63,221 bases of DNA, from the NCBI GenBank assembly GCA_050633305.1, contig JBOEGF010000011.1, positions 1 to 63,221 on the forward strand, read 5' to 3'. Origin of the DNA: Nannocystales bacterium (GTDB lineage Bacteria > Myxococcota_A > Polyangia > Nannocystales > Nannocystaceae). Positions 12,218 through 23,309 of the stretch are shown in pieces (the first letter of the stretch is position 1; every line of letters starts with the position of its first letter). Below the pieces are notes generated by a model. It searched no databases and was not told where the DNA came from. It worked only from the letters and a program-made list of their open reading frames with translations. The translations under genes and the position numbers were made by a program.

Positions 12218-13499
12218 CCCGATGACTCGACGAAGCCTTCACCTAACGCTCGCCGCGACTGCGATGGTCGTCTGGGCGTGCGCCGACCCGGGCGGTGAGA
12301 CGACCGCCGGCTCGAGCACGGGAGCCGCCGACGCGTCCGAAACCGAAGGAGGCACGCCCGCGAGCGAGTCGGGATCCCAGGGCTCCACAGACGGTGCCGG
12401 CGTCACAGCCGAGGACGTTCTGATCAGCTTGGCCGACAACGTCTTCGCCCCGACACACGCTGCGTTTTCCGAGGCCGCGGATGCGTTGTCCAGTGCCGCG
12501 GCCACCCACGCCCAGGCGGTCGCCGACGGCGGGGATGTGGCGACCAGCCGCGAGGCGGTCGAGGTCGCATTCGGGGACCTGGCGGTGGCGCTCCAGCACG
12601 TCGAGCTGTTGCAGCTTGGACCCGCGGCTGGGTCGTCGGGGATCGAGGGCGAGTTCCTTCGCGACGAGCTCTACTCGTGGCCGGCGGTGAACACCTGCCG
12701 CATCGACCAAGAACTCGTGGTCGGCGAGTACGGTGCCGCCGACTTCACGGACACCCGCCTGGTGAACGTCTACGGATTTGATGCGCTGGAGTACTTGTTG
12801 TTCTCGGGCAGCCCCGACAACACGTGTCCGCCCCAACTTCCGATCAACGGCAGCGGGGAGTGGGATGCGCTCGGTGAGGCGGAGGTCGAGGTTCGACGAG
12901 CCGCCTATGCGGCAGGGGTCGCGTCCGCCATGGCCACCGTCGCCGATGACCTGGAGTCGACCTGGGCCGAGGGGGGCGCGTGGCACGGCTACCTCTCCGA
13001 TCCAAGCTCCGGGCCGCTCGAGTCCACCTCGGCAGCGATGGACGAGGTCCTCCGCGCGATGTTCTACATCGACAAGTCCCTCAAGGACATCAAGCTTGCT
13101 CGGCCCGCAGGCATCAAGGATTGCTCGGCCGACGTCTGTCTGGACGAGGTGGAGTCGCTCTGGGCGGGACTGTCCAAGGAGCAGGCGGTGGCCAACCTCG
13201 CTGCGTTTCGTCAGCTGATGTGGGCGGGTCCCAGCGCCGATGAGGGCGTTGGATTCGACGACTTGTTGTCCGCGGTCGGAGAGGGGGCGCTCGGCGAGGA
13301 GATGCTCGCCGACACAACTGCGGCGATCGACGCACTCGAAGCGGTCGAGGGCACGTTCGTCGATGCGCTGACCGCCGATGCGGCGGCCCTCGACGCTTCT
13401 CATGCTGCGGTCGTCGAGCTGACCGACGACCTCAAGGGGGATTTTCCAATCGTCCTGATGCTCAACGTCCCCTCCGAGGCTGCTGGTGACGCGGACTGA
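12210..13499 (+). CDS. Imelysin-family lipoprotein
   Basis: Lipobox VVWA-C, QLGPA, LYSWP, GFDALEYLLF, KDIKLARPAG, ES.WA, C-terminal GDAD. Confidence 0.85.
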   Translation: MFNPMTRRSLHLTLAATAMVVWACADPGGETTAGSSTGAADASETEGGTPASESGSQGSTDGAGVTAEDVLISLADNVFAPTHAAFSEAADALSSAAATHAQAVADGGDVATSREAVEVAFGDLAVALQHVELLQLGPAAGSSGIEGEFLRDELYSWPAVNTCRIDQELVVGEYGAADFTDTRLVNVYGFDALEYLLFSGSPDNTCPPQLPINGSGEWDALGEAEVEVRRAAYAAGVASAMATVADDLESTWAEGGAWHGYLSDPSSGPLESTSAAMDEVLRAMFYIDKSLKDIKLARPAGIKDCSADVCLDEVESLWAGLSKEQAVANLAAFRQLMWAGPSADEGVGFDDLLSAVGEGALGEEMLADTTAAIDALEAVEGTFVDALTADAAALDASHAAVVELTDDLKGDFPIVLMLNVPSEAAGDAD

Positions 13500-14505
13500 A
13501 CAGCTCGCGGTGCGACTGCTCGAGCTCGGGGCAGCCGTGTTCGAGCACGTGCAAGGGTTGTTCTTCGAGCCCTCGGCGCGGACGTTCTGGCTGGGTGGTC
13601 TGCTCAGCGTGTGCATCGTCGCCGTGCTGTGGTGCGTGCGGGGGTCGGTCGGCCTTCGTGCGCGTCAGTTCTGGAACGGGTCCGCGCGGGTCGACTACGG
13701 GCTGATCTTCGCCAAGCCCGTGATCGCAACCGTTGTGGGGTTGCCCACGCTGCTGACCACCTTGGGCGTCGCGATGGCGACGATTCGCGCGTTGCAGACG
13801 TTGGGTCCCATTGGCGCCCTCTCATCGAGTGTCTCTCCCGTCGTGGTCACGGTCGTCTACACGGCCGTACTGTTCGTGGCGTGGGACTTCAGTCGCTTCG
13901 CGCTGCACTGGTTGATGCACCGCTCCACGTTGCTGTGGCAGTTCCACCAGGTGCACCACTCGGCCAGCAGTCTCACCCCATTGACGCTCTACCGCGTCCA
14001 TCCGGTGGAGAGCCTCCTGTACCGCCTGCGCGGCGTCTTGGTGACCGGCGTCTTGACCGGGCTGTTCTCGTTCTTGTTCGGCCCCCGAACGGTCGAGCTT
14101 CAGCTGTGGGGCGTCAACGCCCTGGGGTTCGTGTTCAGTGTAGTGTCCGGCAACCTGCGCCACAGTCACGTGCGGTGGAGCTTCGGACCCACGCTGGAGC
14201 GTTGGCTGATCTCCCCCGCGCAACACCAGCTGCACCACGGCTGTGCCGCGGCCGACTGCGGGTCCAACCTCGGCACCTGGCTGGCGCTGTGGGATCGTAT
14301 GGCCGGCTCGCTACAGACGGCAGGCGAGCGCGACCCGCAGTTCGGGCTGCCGGCCAAGTCTTGTAACCACCGGGCAGACTCGGTGCTCTCGGCCCTCTTT
14401 GACCCTGTCTTCGCGTGCGCTCAGCACGTGTTGCGCAGGCCACGAACCCTTGGCGTCGCAGCCCTGCTGCTCGCGGGCGCCACTTTCACCGCGAACTTCG
14501 GGTAA
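13486..14505 (+). CDS. Sterol desaturase / fatty acid hydroxylase superfamily membrane protein
   Basis: His boxes HWLMH, FHQVHHS, R.HP.E, NLRHSH, QHQLHH, N.G...WDR..G. Confidence 0.9.
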   Translation: MTRTEQLAVRLLELGAAVFEHVQGLFFEPSARTFWLGGLLSVCIVAVLWCVRGSVGLRARQFWNGSARVDYGLIFAKPVIATVVGLPTLLTTLGVAMATIRALQTLGPIGALSSSVSPVVVTVVYTAVLFVAWDFSRFALHWLMHRSTLLWQFHQVHHSASSLTPLTLYRVHPVESLLYRLRGVLVTGVLTGLFSFLFGPRTVELQLWGVNALGFVFSVVSGNLRHSHVRWSFGPTLERWLISPAQHQLHHGCAAADCGSNLGTWLALWDRMAGSLQTAGERDPQFGLPAKSCNHRADSVLSALFDPVFACAQHVLRRPRTLGVAALLLAGATFTANFG

Positions 14506-14508
14506 GCC

Positions 14509-15159
14509 ATGGATACGACTTCGGTAGGAGCACTCCTTCAACAAGCGGGCTGGACGATGGCCCCTCTGTACGTCTGCTCGGTGCTCGCCCTCGTGGTGGC
14601 GTCTCGAAAGTTCCTCGACCTTCGCGCCGCCAACCTCAGGAACGAGTCGTGGGTGCAGCCGGTCCTCAATGCCCTGAGCGAGGGGGCTGCCATGCGCGCC
14701 GTCGAGTTGGCGCGCAAGAGCGGGCATCCGGCCGGCCGTGTCGCTGCGACACTGGTCGAAGCGCTCGAGCACAACCCCGCTCAGGCCGAAGCGGAGACGC
14801 ATCGGGTGGGGATGGAAGAGGCCGCCGCGCTCGAGCGGAACCAGCGTCCTCTCGCACTGATCGCCGAGATCGCACCGCTGCTCGGGCTGTTGGGCACCGT
14901 GGTGGGGATGGTCGAGTTGTTCGCCGGGATCTCCGAGCAGCAGGCTTCGGGGAGCATGGTGATGGCCGCGCTCTCGGGCGGTATCTGGAAAGCCCTGCTC
15001 ACGACGGCGGCGGGTTTGAGCATCGCGGTGCCGACGCTGGCCGCTCATGCGTATGTCTCGAGCCGAATCGACCGTTTCCGGGTGCAGCTGACCTCCATCG
15101 TGCAGAGAGTGCGCTACGCCGCGACGCTCGGCACCCAGGACGGGGACTCCTCTTCGTGA
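14509..15159 (+). CDS. exbB: ExbB/TolQ/MotA proton channel
   Basis: APLLGLLGTVVGM and GGIWKALLTTAAGL motifs. Confidence 0.92.
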   Translation: MDTTSVGALLQQAGWTMAPLYVCSVLALVVASRKFLDLRAANLRNESWVQPVLNALSEGAAMRAVELARKSGHPAGRVAATLVEALEHNPAQAEAETHRVGMEEAAALERNQRPLALIAEIAPLLGLLGTVVGMVELFAGISEQQASGSMVMAALSGGIWKALLTTAAGLSIAVPTLAAHAYVSSRIDRFRVQLTSIVQRVRYAATLGTQDGDSSS

Positions 15160-15562
15160 ACCCCCTGGACTTCACCGCGCACAAGCGCGAGGCGCCCAGG
15201 GTCAACCTCTCGGCGCTGATCGATGTGGCGTTCATTCTGGTGATCTTCATCGTGCTGACCGCCACGTACCGCGAGGACCGGGACATGGATGTGTCGCTGC
15301 CGCAGACCAGCCGGGTGCCACAGAACGAGGCCGAGGGGCTCCATGTCGTGGTTCGAGCCGACGGCAAGGTTGAAATCGAGGGCGCCGTGTATCCGCGGGA
15401 GGCGGTCTACGCGAAGCTCAAGGCGCTGACTTCGGAGCACGAGAGCGTTGTCTTGCTCGCCGATCGGCAAGCCGCCGTCGAGGCGGCCGTCGCCGTCTTG
15501 GCGGATGCTCGGGCGGCGGGATTCAAGTCGGCCTCCATCGCGACCACGGAGAAGCGTTCGCC

Positions 15563-15566
<4 letters not shown>
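15156..15566 (+). CDS. exbD: ExbD/TolR
   Basis: [17 protein letters not shown] helix with the conserved Asp, V.LP, ADR; GTGA overlap with exbB. Confidence 0.9.
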
Positions 15567-16254
<688 letters not shown>

Positions 16255-16255
<1 letters not shown>

Positions 16256-17166
16256 TGCTCACCAAGCTCCGTTTCCTCTCTGCGGCATGCACCCTGGGCA
16301 TGCTCGCTTGTTCCTCCTCGCCCTCTTCAGCCCCGACGGTGCCGGGCCCGGATGTCGTGACGGCCGATTCTCCGGCGGCGACCGTTCCCGATGACGCCCG
16401 TGGCGGTCGTCTGTACGACAAGTGGTTCAAAGAGACGGCCACCGACCTCGACCCGGGCAAAGCAGGCGGCGCCCGGGGCGATGGCACTCTGCTCAACGCT
16501 TCCGGCGAGGTTGTGGACCCCTCTGGGCACAGCTATCGACTCAAGAACCTGTTCGGCTGGGACATGCGTGGCGCCGAGGGCATCTATGGCCCTGACTACC
16601 AGAACAAGCCCTACGTGCTCTCGAAGAACCTGCTCGAACAGACTCAGAGTGAAGAGGAGCTGCTCGCGTGGCTTCGGGGCGGCGACGAAGAACTCCCCGC
16701 GCTCGCCGAGGTCCTCGAAGACGACGCCCTGCGCGACCTCGCGGCGTTCATCGCCAAGACGCAGCGCGGTGAGCTCCCAGGTCCAGAGAAGTTTTTCACG
16801 CTGTCCGCCGAAGCGCCGAAGAACTACATCCTCGTCGAGGGCGGGGATGCGGCAGCGGGGAAGCCTGTCTACGCGGACGCATGCGCCGGCTGCCACGGTG
16901 AGGACGGCACTTCGATCCCCATCGACGAGACGCTCAGCCTCGGTGCCTTCATGCGGACCAAGGCGTACGAAGGCTGGTTCAAGGTCGTCAATGGCCACCC
17001 GGGGAGTGCGATGGGACGCGAGATTGAGTTCTCGTCGGCGGACGAAGCGGCTGCCACGACGCTGAGCATCCTCGCTGCGTTGTGCGACCGCGGGACCTAT
17101 CCGCCGCTGGACGGCCAGTCCGACGTCGCCGACGGCGACCTGCGTTGCGGCGCCTACCTCCGGTAG
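16255..17166 (+). CDS. c-type cytochrome lipoprotein (one intact CxxCH)
   Basis: Lipobox GMLA-C, RGGRLYDKW, CAGCH, GHPGSAM (candidate distal Met); TGATG overlap with tonB. Confidence 0.85.
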
Positions 17167-17201
17167 TCACGCACCGGGCGGATCCGATACCGTCGGCGCC
17201 C

Positions 17202-18119
17202 ATGCCGTCCTCCACCATCCTGCAGGAACCGTGGTCACGCGGTCTCAGCGTGATGGTGCGTCTCGACGAGGTGCTCGTGCGCCGGCGGACGGCGTTTCAA
17301 GACCTGCTCATCGGTCGCAACGCCCGCTACGGGCTGTGTCTCTTTCTCGACGACCTCATGCAGTCGGCGCAGTCGGACGAGGCCCTGTACCACGAGCCCT
17401 TCGTCCACCCTGCGATGGTCCTGCATCCGGGACCGCAGCGCGTGCTGATCGGTGGCGCAGGGGAGGGGGCGTGTGCCCGTGAGGTCTTGCGGCACCCCAG
17501 CGTGCAGCGAGTCGTGGCCGTCGACCTGGACGCGGAGGTCGTGGACGCATGCCGCGAGTTTTTGCCAACGTGGAGTGCAGGTGCATTCGAAGACCCCCGC
17601 CTCGAGCTGCGCATCGAGACGGTTCAGTCGACGCTCGCCGCCTCAGCCGACCGGTCGTTCGACGTCATCCTGCTCGACGTGACCGACCCCGTGGTCGCGG
17701 GACCTTCGGTCGAGTTGTTCACCGCGCGCTTCTTCGCTGAGGTCGCTCGGGTGCTGGCCGACGACGGGGTCGTGGTGCTGCAGTCCGGGGCGTTCGACCT
17801 GGCCGACCCCTCATTGCTCCGCAGCGTGTGCGCGACGTTGGGCACGGCCTTCGAGTGGGTTCGGCCGATGCTGCTTCACGTGCCTTCCTTTCATGGGGGG
17901 TGGAGCACGACGATGGCCGCGAAGCGCCTCCCACAAGCAGATGTCTCTGCGGTGGACGCTCGAATCGAAGCCCTCGACGGCCTGCGGATGTACGACGCGA
18001 CCGTTCACCGCGGGCTGATGCACTTGCCTCGAATCGCTGCACAGGCGCTCGATCGGCCGGGGACGGTGATTACCGGCGAGGGCGATGCGCGACTGATCAC
18101 GTTCGGGCTCGAGCGCTGA
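17202..18119 (+). CDS. speE: Polyamine aminopropyltransferase (spermidine synthase family)
   Basis: LDDLMQSA..DE..YHE..VHPAM, VLIGGAGEG..AREVL, DVILLD.TDP. Confidence 0.85.
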   Translation: MPSSTILQEPWSRGLSVMVRLDEVLVRRRTAFQDLLIGRNARYGLCLFLDDLMQSAQSDEALYHEPFVHPAMVLHPGPQRVLIGGAGEGACAREVLRHPSVQRVVAVDLDAEVVDACREFLPTWSAGAFEDPRLELRIETVQSTLAASADRSFDVILLDVTDPVVAGPSVELFTARFFAEVARVLADDGVVVLQSGAFDLADPSLLRSVCATLGTAFEWVRPMLLHVPSFHGGWSTTMAAKRLPQADVSAVDARIEALDGLRMYDATVHRGLMHLPRIAAQALDRPGTVITGEGDARLITFGLER

Positions 18120-18133
18120 TACGGTGCCCGCGG

Positions 18134-18706
18134 GTGGAAGACACGCCACAACCGGGGGCCTGGGCTGGGCTCGCCTGCACAGCGGCCCTTGGAGGGCTCG
18201 TGGGCATCACCGCATGGGTCAACCCTGCGTGGCTCCTGGACGTGTGCACCAAGGAGGGACCCGCTGAGGCAGCGGGCCAGGTGGTCCTGCTGCTGGCGAC
18301 CCTGGGCTGGGCCTTCGTCCGCACCCGGCAGGGAGCCGGGGCACGATGGGTCGCAGTGGCCTGCGCGGTGGTCTTTGCCGAGGAGTTGGACTGGGGAGCC
18401 CAGCTCGGACTGACGGCGGTGGTGGATACCCTGGGTGTCGCAAACCTTCACAACGGGTTGGGCGGCGCCAGCTACCTGCTGTTCGCGGTGCCTTGGGTGT
18501 TGTTGTACGGCGCTGCGCTGCGCGGGATGACCACGCCAGCGTGGCTGCCTCCACGCCTCGACGGCGTTGCGTTTGGGCTGGTCGTGCTGACCGCCGGCAT
18601 CTCTGTGTTGGTGTCCAGCACCTGGGAGCAGGCACTGGATGAGCTTTCCGAGCTGATGCTGTACGGACTGCTGGCGGTGGGTGGGACTCGATCAGCCCGC
18701 CTGTAG
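18134..18706 (+). CDS. Membrane protein, hypothetical
   Basis: Multiple TM helices, EG..E, EELDWG, NLHN motifs; start uncertain. Confidence 0.7.
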   Translation: MEDTPQPGAWAGLACTAALGGLVGITAWVNPAWLLDVCTKEGPAEAAGQVVLLLATLGWAFVRTRQGAGARWVAVACAVVFAEELDWGAQLGLTAVVDTLGVANLHNGLGGASYLLFAVPWVLLYGAALRGMTTPAWLPPRLDGVAFGLVVLTAGISVLVSSTWEQALDELSELMLYGLLAVGGTRSARL

Positions 18707-19063
18707 TTCGAACGCGACCAAGCAGCGGGCGCCTCGGGCCCCCTCGCCGGTGCGGTAGACCGGGCGTAGGTGCGTCTTACGCTGCGCCAGGGCACCGGCG
18801 AGCATGGAGACCTCGGCCGAGTCGAGCTTCTGTGCGGGGCAGGTCGAGCCGCCCCAGAAGTAGACGTCGCGGCGGCCATCGGACGTGCGAATTCCGAGGC
18901 TACCGTGGAAGGAAGCGTACTTGTCCGAGCCTTGGGTGTTGATGGTCAGGCTGACGATGCGCCCGACTTTGCCGTCCTCGTCGGCCAACGCGGACTGAAC
19001 GGGCAGCAAGGAGGTGGCGACGAGGGCGGCCACGGCGGCGATGGAAGGCAACGAGCGGAGCAT
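18692..19063 (-). CDS. Small secreted protein
   Basis: Signal peptide ending ALA-D; Y.WGGS.CP motif; two Cys. Confidence 0.7.
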   Translation of the reverse strand: MLRSLPSIAAVAALVATSLLPVQSALADEDGKVGRIVSLTINTQGSDKYASFHGSLGIRTSDGRRDVYFWGGSTCPAQKLDSAEVSMLAGALAQRKTHLRPVYRTGEGARGARCLVAFELQAG

Positions 19064-19242
19064 GGGTTTCCCAGGGGACAGCGCAGGCACAGACGAGGTG
19101 CCTAGGCACCGGATTCAGTGCATGACGCCGATGTAGCGTGCACCAATCCCGGGCGCGGGTCTCGCGCGAGGGCGGATCGGGGACAGGCGCCGCCTCCGTT
19201 TTCTTTGGGCCACGCGAACGCGTTGCTAGCCTTTGCACGGAC

Positions 19243-20151
19243 ATGGTTTGCGCGTCGATCCGTACTGTCACGTTTGCACTCGGTCTGGCCCTCGTGGGGA
19301 CCGGCTGTTCGCATGCGTCGGCACAAACTGGGCCGGCGACCGCCGAGCCGGCCGATCCCTCGGCGGAGCTTCGGCGCGATAACGCTTCGCTCCGCCGCCG
19401 GGTGCAGATGTTGGAGGATCGCATGCTCCGGGTCGAACGTGGCGCGATGCCGACCACCGCGTCTGGGGCCCAGGAGCCTCCGCGCGAGGTTCGGGCCTAC
19501 AAGGTTCAGCCCGAGACCGCCGCTGCCGGGCCGACCGAGCCCGCGCCCGAGGAGACCGACGCTGGATACACACTCGGTGAGGTGCAGCCTCGCGAGTACC
19601 AAGATGAGGCGCTGTGGGGCGACCCGTCTGGGCTCGCCGCGGAGGTTGAGCCACAGGGGGAGGGCTCCGCCGCCGCGGGATCGAGCTACAGGCTGGTGGG
19701 CGACGAGCTGGTTCAAATGACCCAGCCGGGGCGGGCCAAAGTCGCGGACAAGCCGATGCGCGGCCGCAAGGGACGCTCTGCCAAGGCCCGCTACACCCAT
19801 GCGCTCGCGCTGCTCCGGGAGGGCCAGCATGATGAAGCCGCAGAGGCGTTCGCCGACTTTGTCGCCACGTTCCCCAAATCCGACCTCGCCGACAACGCGA
19901 TGTACTGGAGGGGCGAGGCGTACTACGACCAAGGCCACTACTCGGACGCACTTGCCACGTTCACCGCTGTGATCGAGCTGTACGCTGGCGGCAACAAAGC
20001 ATCGGACGCCCTCCTCAAGGTGGGTCTTTGCTACGGAAAACTGGGCGACACGGACAACGCCCGCGACGTTCTCAACCGCCTCATTGAGGCCTACCCCGGA
20101 GCGTCGGCCAGCGACGTCGCCCGCGTGAAGCTCGCCGAGCTTTCGTCCTGA
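19243..20151 (+). CDS. cpoB: Tol-Pal-associated CpoB/YbgF (coiled coil + TPR)
   Basis: Lipobox VGTG-C, coiled coil, FP.S.LADNA.YW.GE.YY, K..DALLK.G TPRs. Confidence 0.85.
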   Translation: MVCASIRTVTFALGLALVGTGCSHASAQTGPATAEPADPSAELRRDNASLRRRVQMLEDRMLRVERGAMPTTASGAQEPPREVRAYKVQPETAAAGPTEPAPEETDAGYTLGEVQPREYQDEALWGDPSGLAAEVEPQGEGSAAAGSSYRLVGDELVQMTQPGRAKVADKPMRGRKGRSAKARYTHALALLREGQHDEAAEAFADFVATFPKSDLADNAMYWRGEAYYDQGHYSDALATFTAVIELYAGGNKASDALLKVGLCYGKLGDTDNARDVLNRLIEAYPGASASDVARVKLAELSS

Positions 20152-20165
20152 ATCGGAGCGCAGCC

Positions 20166-21629
20166 ATGACCTTCTCGCCTCGCATCATCTTCGTGTTCAC
20201 GCTCAGTGGGGGCTTGCTGCTCCTGCAACCGACTTCGGCTGCCGCTTGGCAGCCCGCGTCGGGAGAAACTCCCGTGGCTCCGCCAGTGTCCCCAGCGGTC
20301 AGGGCTGCCACCGGCGCGCCTTCCCCGGGTGCAGAGTTCACTCCGGACACCTCCGCAGACCCGGGGTCGCGGCGTCGTAGCTCTCAGGGGGCGTCCGAGG
20401 GAGGCGCGTTCGGGTCAACGGCCACCACGGTCGCACCGGATGGGAGCCTGATCAACGGCCTGCAGATCTACGACCCCAACCTGGCTCCGAACGAGCCTGG
20501 CTACGCCGACGACGCGCCCGACTATCACATCGTCCAGCGTGGCGACACGCTGTGGGACATCTCGGGCTACTACCTCGTCGACCCCTACCTTTGGCCGAAA
20601 CTCTGGTCGTGGAACGAGCACGTCACCAACGCCCACTGGATTTTCCCCGGTGACCGGATTCGGCTGTACGACCCGCTTCAGGGGCGTCGACGCGACGATG
20701 GCCCGACCATCGAATACAAGCGGACCCAGCTCCCACGAGGCCGTGGGGAGGGCACCTATCTGCTCAACCAGGTCGCGTTCGTCGATGCTTCGGACTTCGA
20801 TACCTCGATGAAGGTCAGCGGCGGTGGCGATGCCAAGGTCATGATGTCCACGTTGGACACCGTGTACATGAGCTACGACAACGGCAACCCGCCGATCCCC
20901 GGCGAGCGCCTGGTGGTGTACTCGCCGACCCGCGAGGTTCGTGACCCCGAGGGCAAGAATGTCCTCGGGTACATCGTGCAGCTCATGGGCGAGGTCGAGG
21001 TCGACAGCGTGGCTCGTAAGGCGGCCGAAGGAACGATCACCAAAGCGATCAACCCGGTCGAGCGTGGGTACCGGGTTGGCCCCCTGCGTCGGGTCTACCG
21101 ACGGATCGAGACCAAAGAGGCCACGGCGTCCGCCACTGGCGTCATTGCGGCGACGTTGACGGGCACCGGTCCGACCAACATCAAGATGAAGAAGACGCGG
21201 AAGTCCCGGCCATCGGAGACTCTCGCGGGCGATCAGCAGTTCGTGATCGTGAACCTCGGGGCGTCCAGCGGGGTCGAGGTCGGCAACGTGCTTCGGGTCA
21301 TTCGCAAGGGCGACGAGTATACGCCCAAGCGTGTGTTCAACGTCCCCTACGAGGAAGGCTGGCCGCGTCGCGTGACCGGAGCACTGCTGGTCGTGGAGGT
21401 TCAGGAGAACATGTCGCTGGCGGCGGTTGTCTACTCGCGCCGGGAACTCGAGCAAGGCGACCACATCGAGTTGCAGGGGCCCGAGCTTCAACGTGGCGAC
21501 GTGTCCAAGCCGCGGCAGGCCCGGGAAGCGGAGGGCTCCAAAGGCGCCGCCCGAGCGGACGCCGAGGGGGACGTCAAGGTCGAGGACAACAGCGCTGAGG
21601 CGGGGACCGGCTTCAAGTTCGGGAAGTAG
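20166..21629 (+). CDS. LysM peptidoglycan-binding protein
   Basis: Signal peptide, HIVQRGDTLWDIS...WPKLWSWN..N.HWIFPGD. Confidence 0.9.
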   Translation: MTFSPRIIFVFTLSGGLLLLQPTSAAAWQPASGETPVAPPVSPAVRAATGAPSPGAEFTPDTSADPGSRRRSSQGASEGGAFGSTATTVAPDGSLINGLQIYDPNLAPNEPGYADDAPDYHIVQRGDTLWDISGYYLVDPYLWPKLWSWNEHVTNAHWIFPGDRIRLYDPLQGRRRDDGPTIEYKRTQLPRGRGEGTYLLNQVAFVDASDFDTSMKVSGGGDAKVMMSTLDTVYMSYDNGNPPIPGERLVVYSPTREVRDPEGKNVLGYIVQLMGEVEVDSVARKAAEGTITKAINPVERGYRVGPLRRVYRRIETKEATASATGVIAATLTGTGPTNIKMKKTRKSRPSETLAGDQQFVIVNLGASSGVEVGNVLRVIRKGDEYTPKRVFNVPYEEGWPRRVTGALLVVEVQENMSLAAVVYSRRELEQGDHIELQGPELQRGDVSKPRQAREAEGSKGAARADAEGDVKVEDNSAEAGTGFKFGK

Positions 21630-22461
21630 GTTTTCCTTCGGGGCTGAGCAGCAGCTTCCGAAGTGCGGCTGCAGCGGGCGGGAGGCGAGACTCGCCCAGG
21701 TGAACGAGCGAGAGCTCGCGCTTGACCGGGGTTGCGCGGTGCGGGATTCGAACGAGAAGCCCCTGTGCGAGGTCCCGCGGAACGGCGTGTCGGCTGACCA
21801 GGGCGATGCCGATGCCTGCCCGAACGTTGCCTTTGACGGCCGCGATGGAGCCCAACTCCATCACGACGTCTGCCTCCGGGAAGAGGCTGTCGAGCAGGGC
21901 CCGGGAGGTGTTGCGTCGGCCGAACGTGACGAACGGGGCCCGGGCCACATCCTGCGGCAGCTCGAAGTCCGGAGCCCGCACCAAGATCAGCTCGTCGGTG
22001 TACCAGGGCTCACCGCCCTCCGCCGTCGTCACCGCGATGTCGATGTCTCCCGCGTGCAGGTTCTCGAGCGCCTCATCTGCCGATGTCTCCCGCAGGAGAA
22101 ACCGGATGCCGGGATGCTCGTCGCGATAGTGCGAGAGGATCGAGGGGAGTAGGTACGTGCACGCGGTCGCGCCTGCCGCCAGGCGAACCTCACCGTCTCG
22201 CAGCCCCTCGACCTCGGCCACGGCTCGGGTCCCGGCCTCGACTGCAGCGAGCGCGGCACGAGCGTGGGGGAGCAACGCACCGCCAGCCGCGGTCACCGTC
22301 GCGCCGCGGCGGCCACGGTCGAGGATGCGTGCGCCGATGGTGCCTTCGAGTCGCGTGACGGCGGCGGACAAGGCCGGCTGGGTCAGGTGCAGGCGCTGGG
22401 CCGCGCGCCGATAGGTCCCGGCCTCCACGATGGCTACGAAGTATCGGAGCTCATCAAACAT
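21613..22461 (-). CDS. LysR-family regulator
   Basis: LRYFVAIVE.G...AA..LHLTQPALS HTH plus substrate-binding domain. Confidence 0.95.
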   Translation of the reverse strand: MFDELRYFVAIVEAGTYRRAAQRLHLTQPALSAAVTRLEGTIGARILDRGRRGATVTAAGGALLPHARAALAAVEAGTRAVAEVEGLRDGEVRLAAGATACTYLLPSILSHYRDEHPGIRFLLRETSADEALENLHAGDIDIAVTTAEGGEPWYTDELILVRAPDFELPQDVARAPFVTFGRRNTSRALLDSLFPEADVVMELGSIAAVKGNVRAGIGIALVSRHAVPRDLAQGLLVRIPHRATPVKRELSLVHLGESRLPPAAAALRKLLLSPEGKPTSRT

Positions 22462-22474
22462 AAGCAGTGGTTAT
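22460..22474. promoter_or_regulatory. LysR recognition box
   Basis: ATAA-N7-TTAT (T-N11-A) palindrome overlapping the lysR start in the divergent spacer. Confidence 0.7.
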
Positions 22475-22537
22475 CGTATTGGAAAAATGATTCGATTGGC
22501 GCGGTCCGTGAACAGGGCCCATAACCGGGCCGTGGAG

Positions 22538-23272
22538 ATGGTCACCCTCGATGCGGCTGCGGTCGCGACCGTTCTTGGCGTTCTCGCTGGCGTTTTGACG
22601 TCCGCGGCCGGCTTCGGTGGTGGATTGGTGGTGACGCTCGGTCTCTCCTTGTTGCTGGGGCCGGCCGCGGGGCTCGCGATCGGCGCGCCCGCCCTGACGC
22701 TGGGCCACACCCATCGGGTTCTGAAGATGCGCGGACAGTGGGATCGGAAGGCGGCCCGGGCGCTTTGCCTGGGCGCAGTTCCGGGCGCGGTGGTCGGAGC
22801 GATGACGCTGGTCGCACTCCCCCCTGGCGCGGTGTGGTGGATCCTGCTGTCCGCCACGCTGCTGGGGGTCGCTGAGTTCTCGGGCAAGATTCCCCGGACC
22901 TTTGGGCGACGCATGCTCGGCCCGGGCGGCTTCGGTGTGGGCTTCCTGGCCGCGGCGGCGGGGGTAGGGGGCCTGCTCTTGCCTGCGGTCATGCTCGGCG
23001 CGGGGCTCTCGGGCGCCGCGTTTGTGGCCACGGCAGCCACTGCGTCCGTGTGCGTGTCGGCCGTGCGTATCGTGATGTATGGAGCCTCAGGCCTCATCGA
23101 TGCTCAAACCCTGCTGCTCTCCGTCGGGTGCGGGGCCGGGATTCTCATGGGCAACGCAGTTGGCCTGAAGGTTCTGCGCGTGATGACGGCAAAACGCCAG
23201 CGGGTCATCGCGGGCATCGTGCTTGCGCTGTGCGTGGCCGCTTCGGCATACGGCACGCTCACCGCTGGATGA
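22538..23272 (+). CDS. TauE/SafE-family exporter
   Basis: GFGGG motif, GA.PG..VG, about 8 TM helices. Confidence 0.8.
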   Translation: MVTLDAAAVATVLGVLAGVLTSAAGFGGGLVVTLGLSLLLGPAAGLAIGAPALTLGHTHRVLKMRGQWDRKAARALCLGAVPGAVVGAMTLVALPPGAVWWILLSATLLGVAEFSGKIPRTFGRRMLGPGGFGVGFLAAAAGVGGLLLPAVMLGAGLSGAAFVATAATASVCVSAVRIVMYGASGLIDAQTLLLSVGCGAGILMGNAVGLKVLRVMTAKRQRVIAGIVLALCVAASAYGTLTAG

Positions 23273-23309
23273 GCTGCAACACGCGGCCGTGGTGGTCGAC
23301 CCTCTGGGC

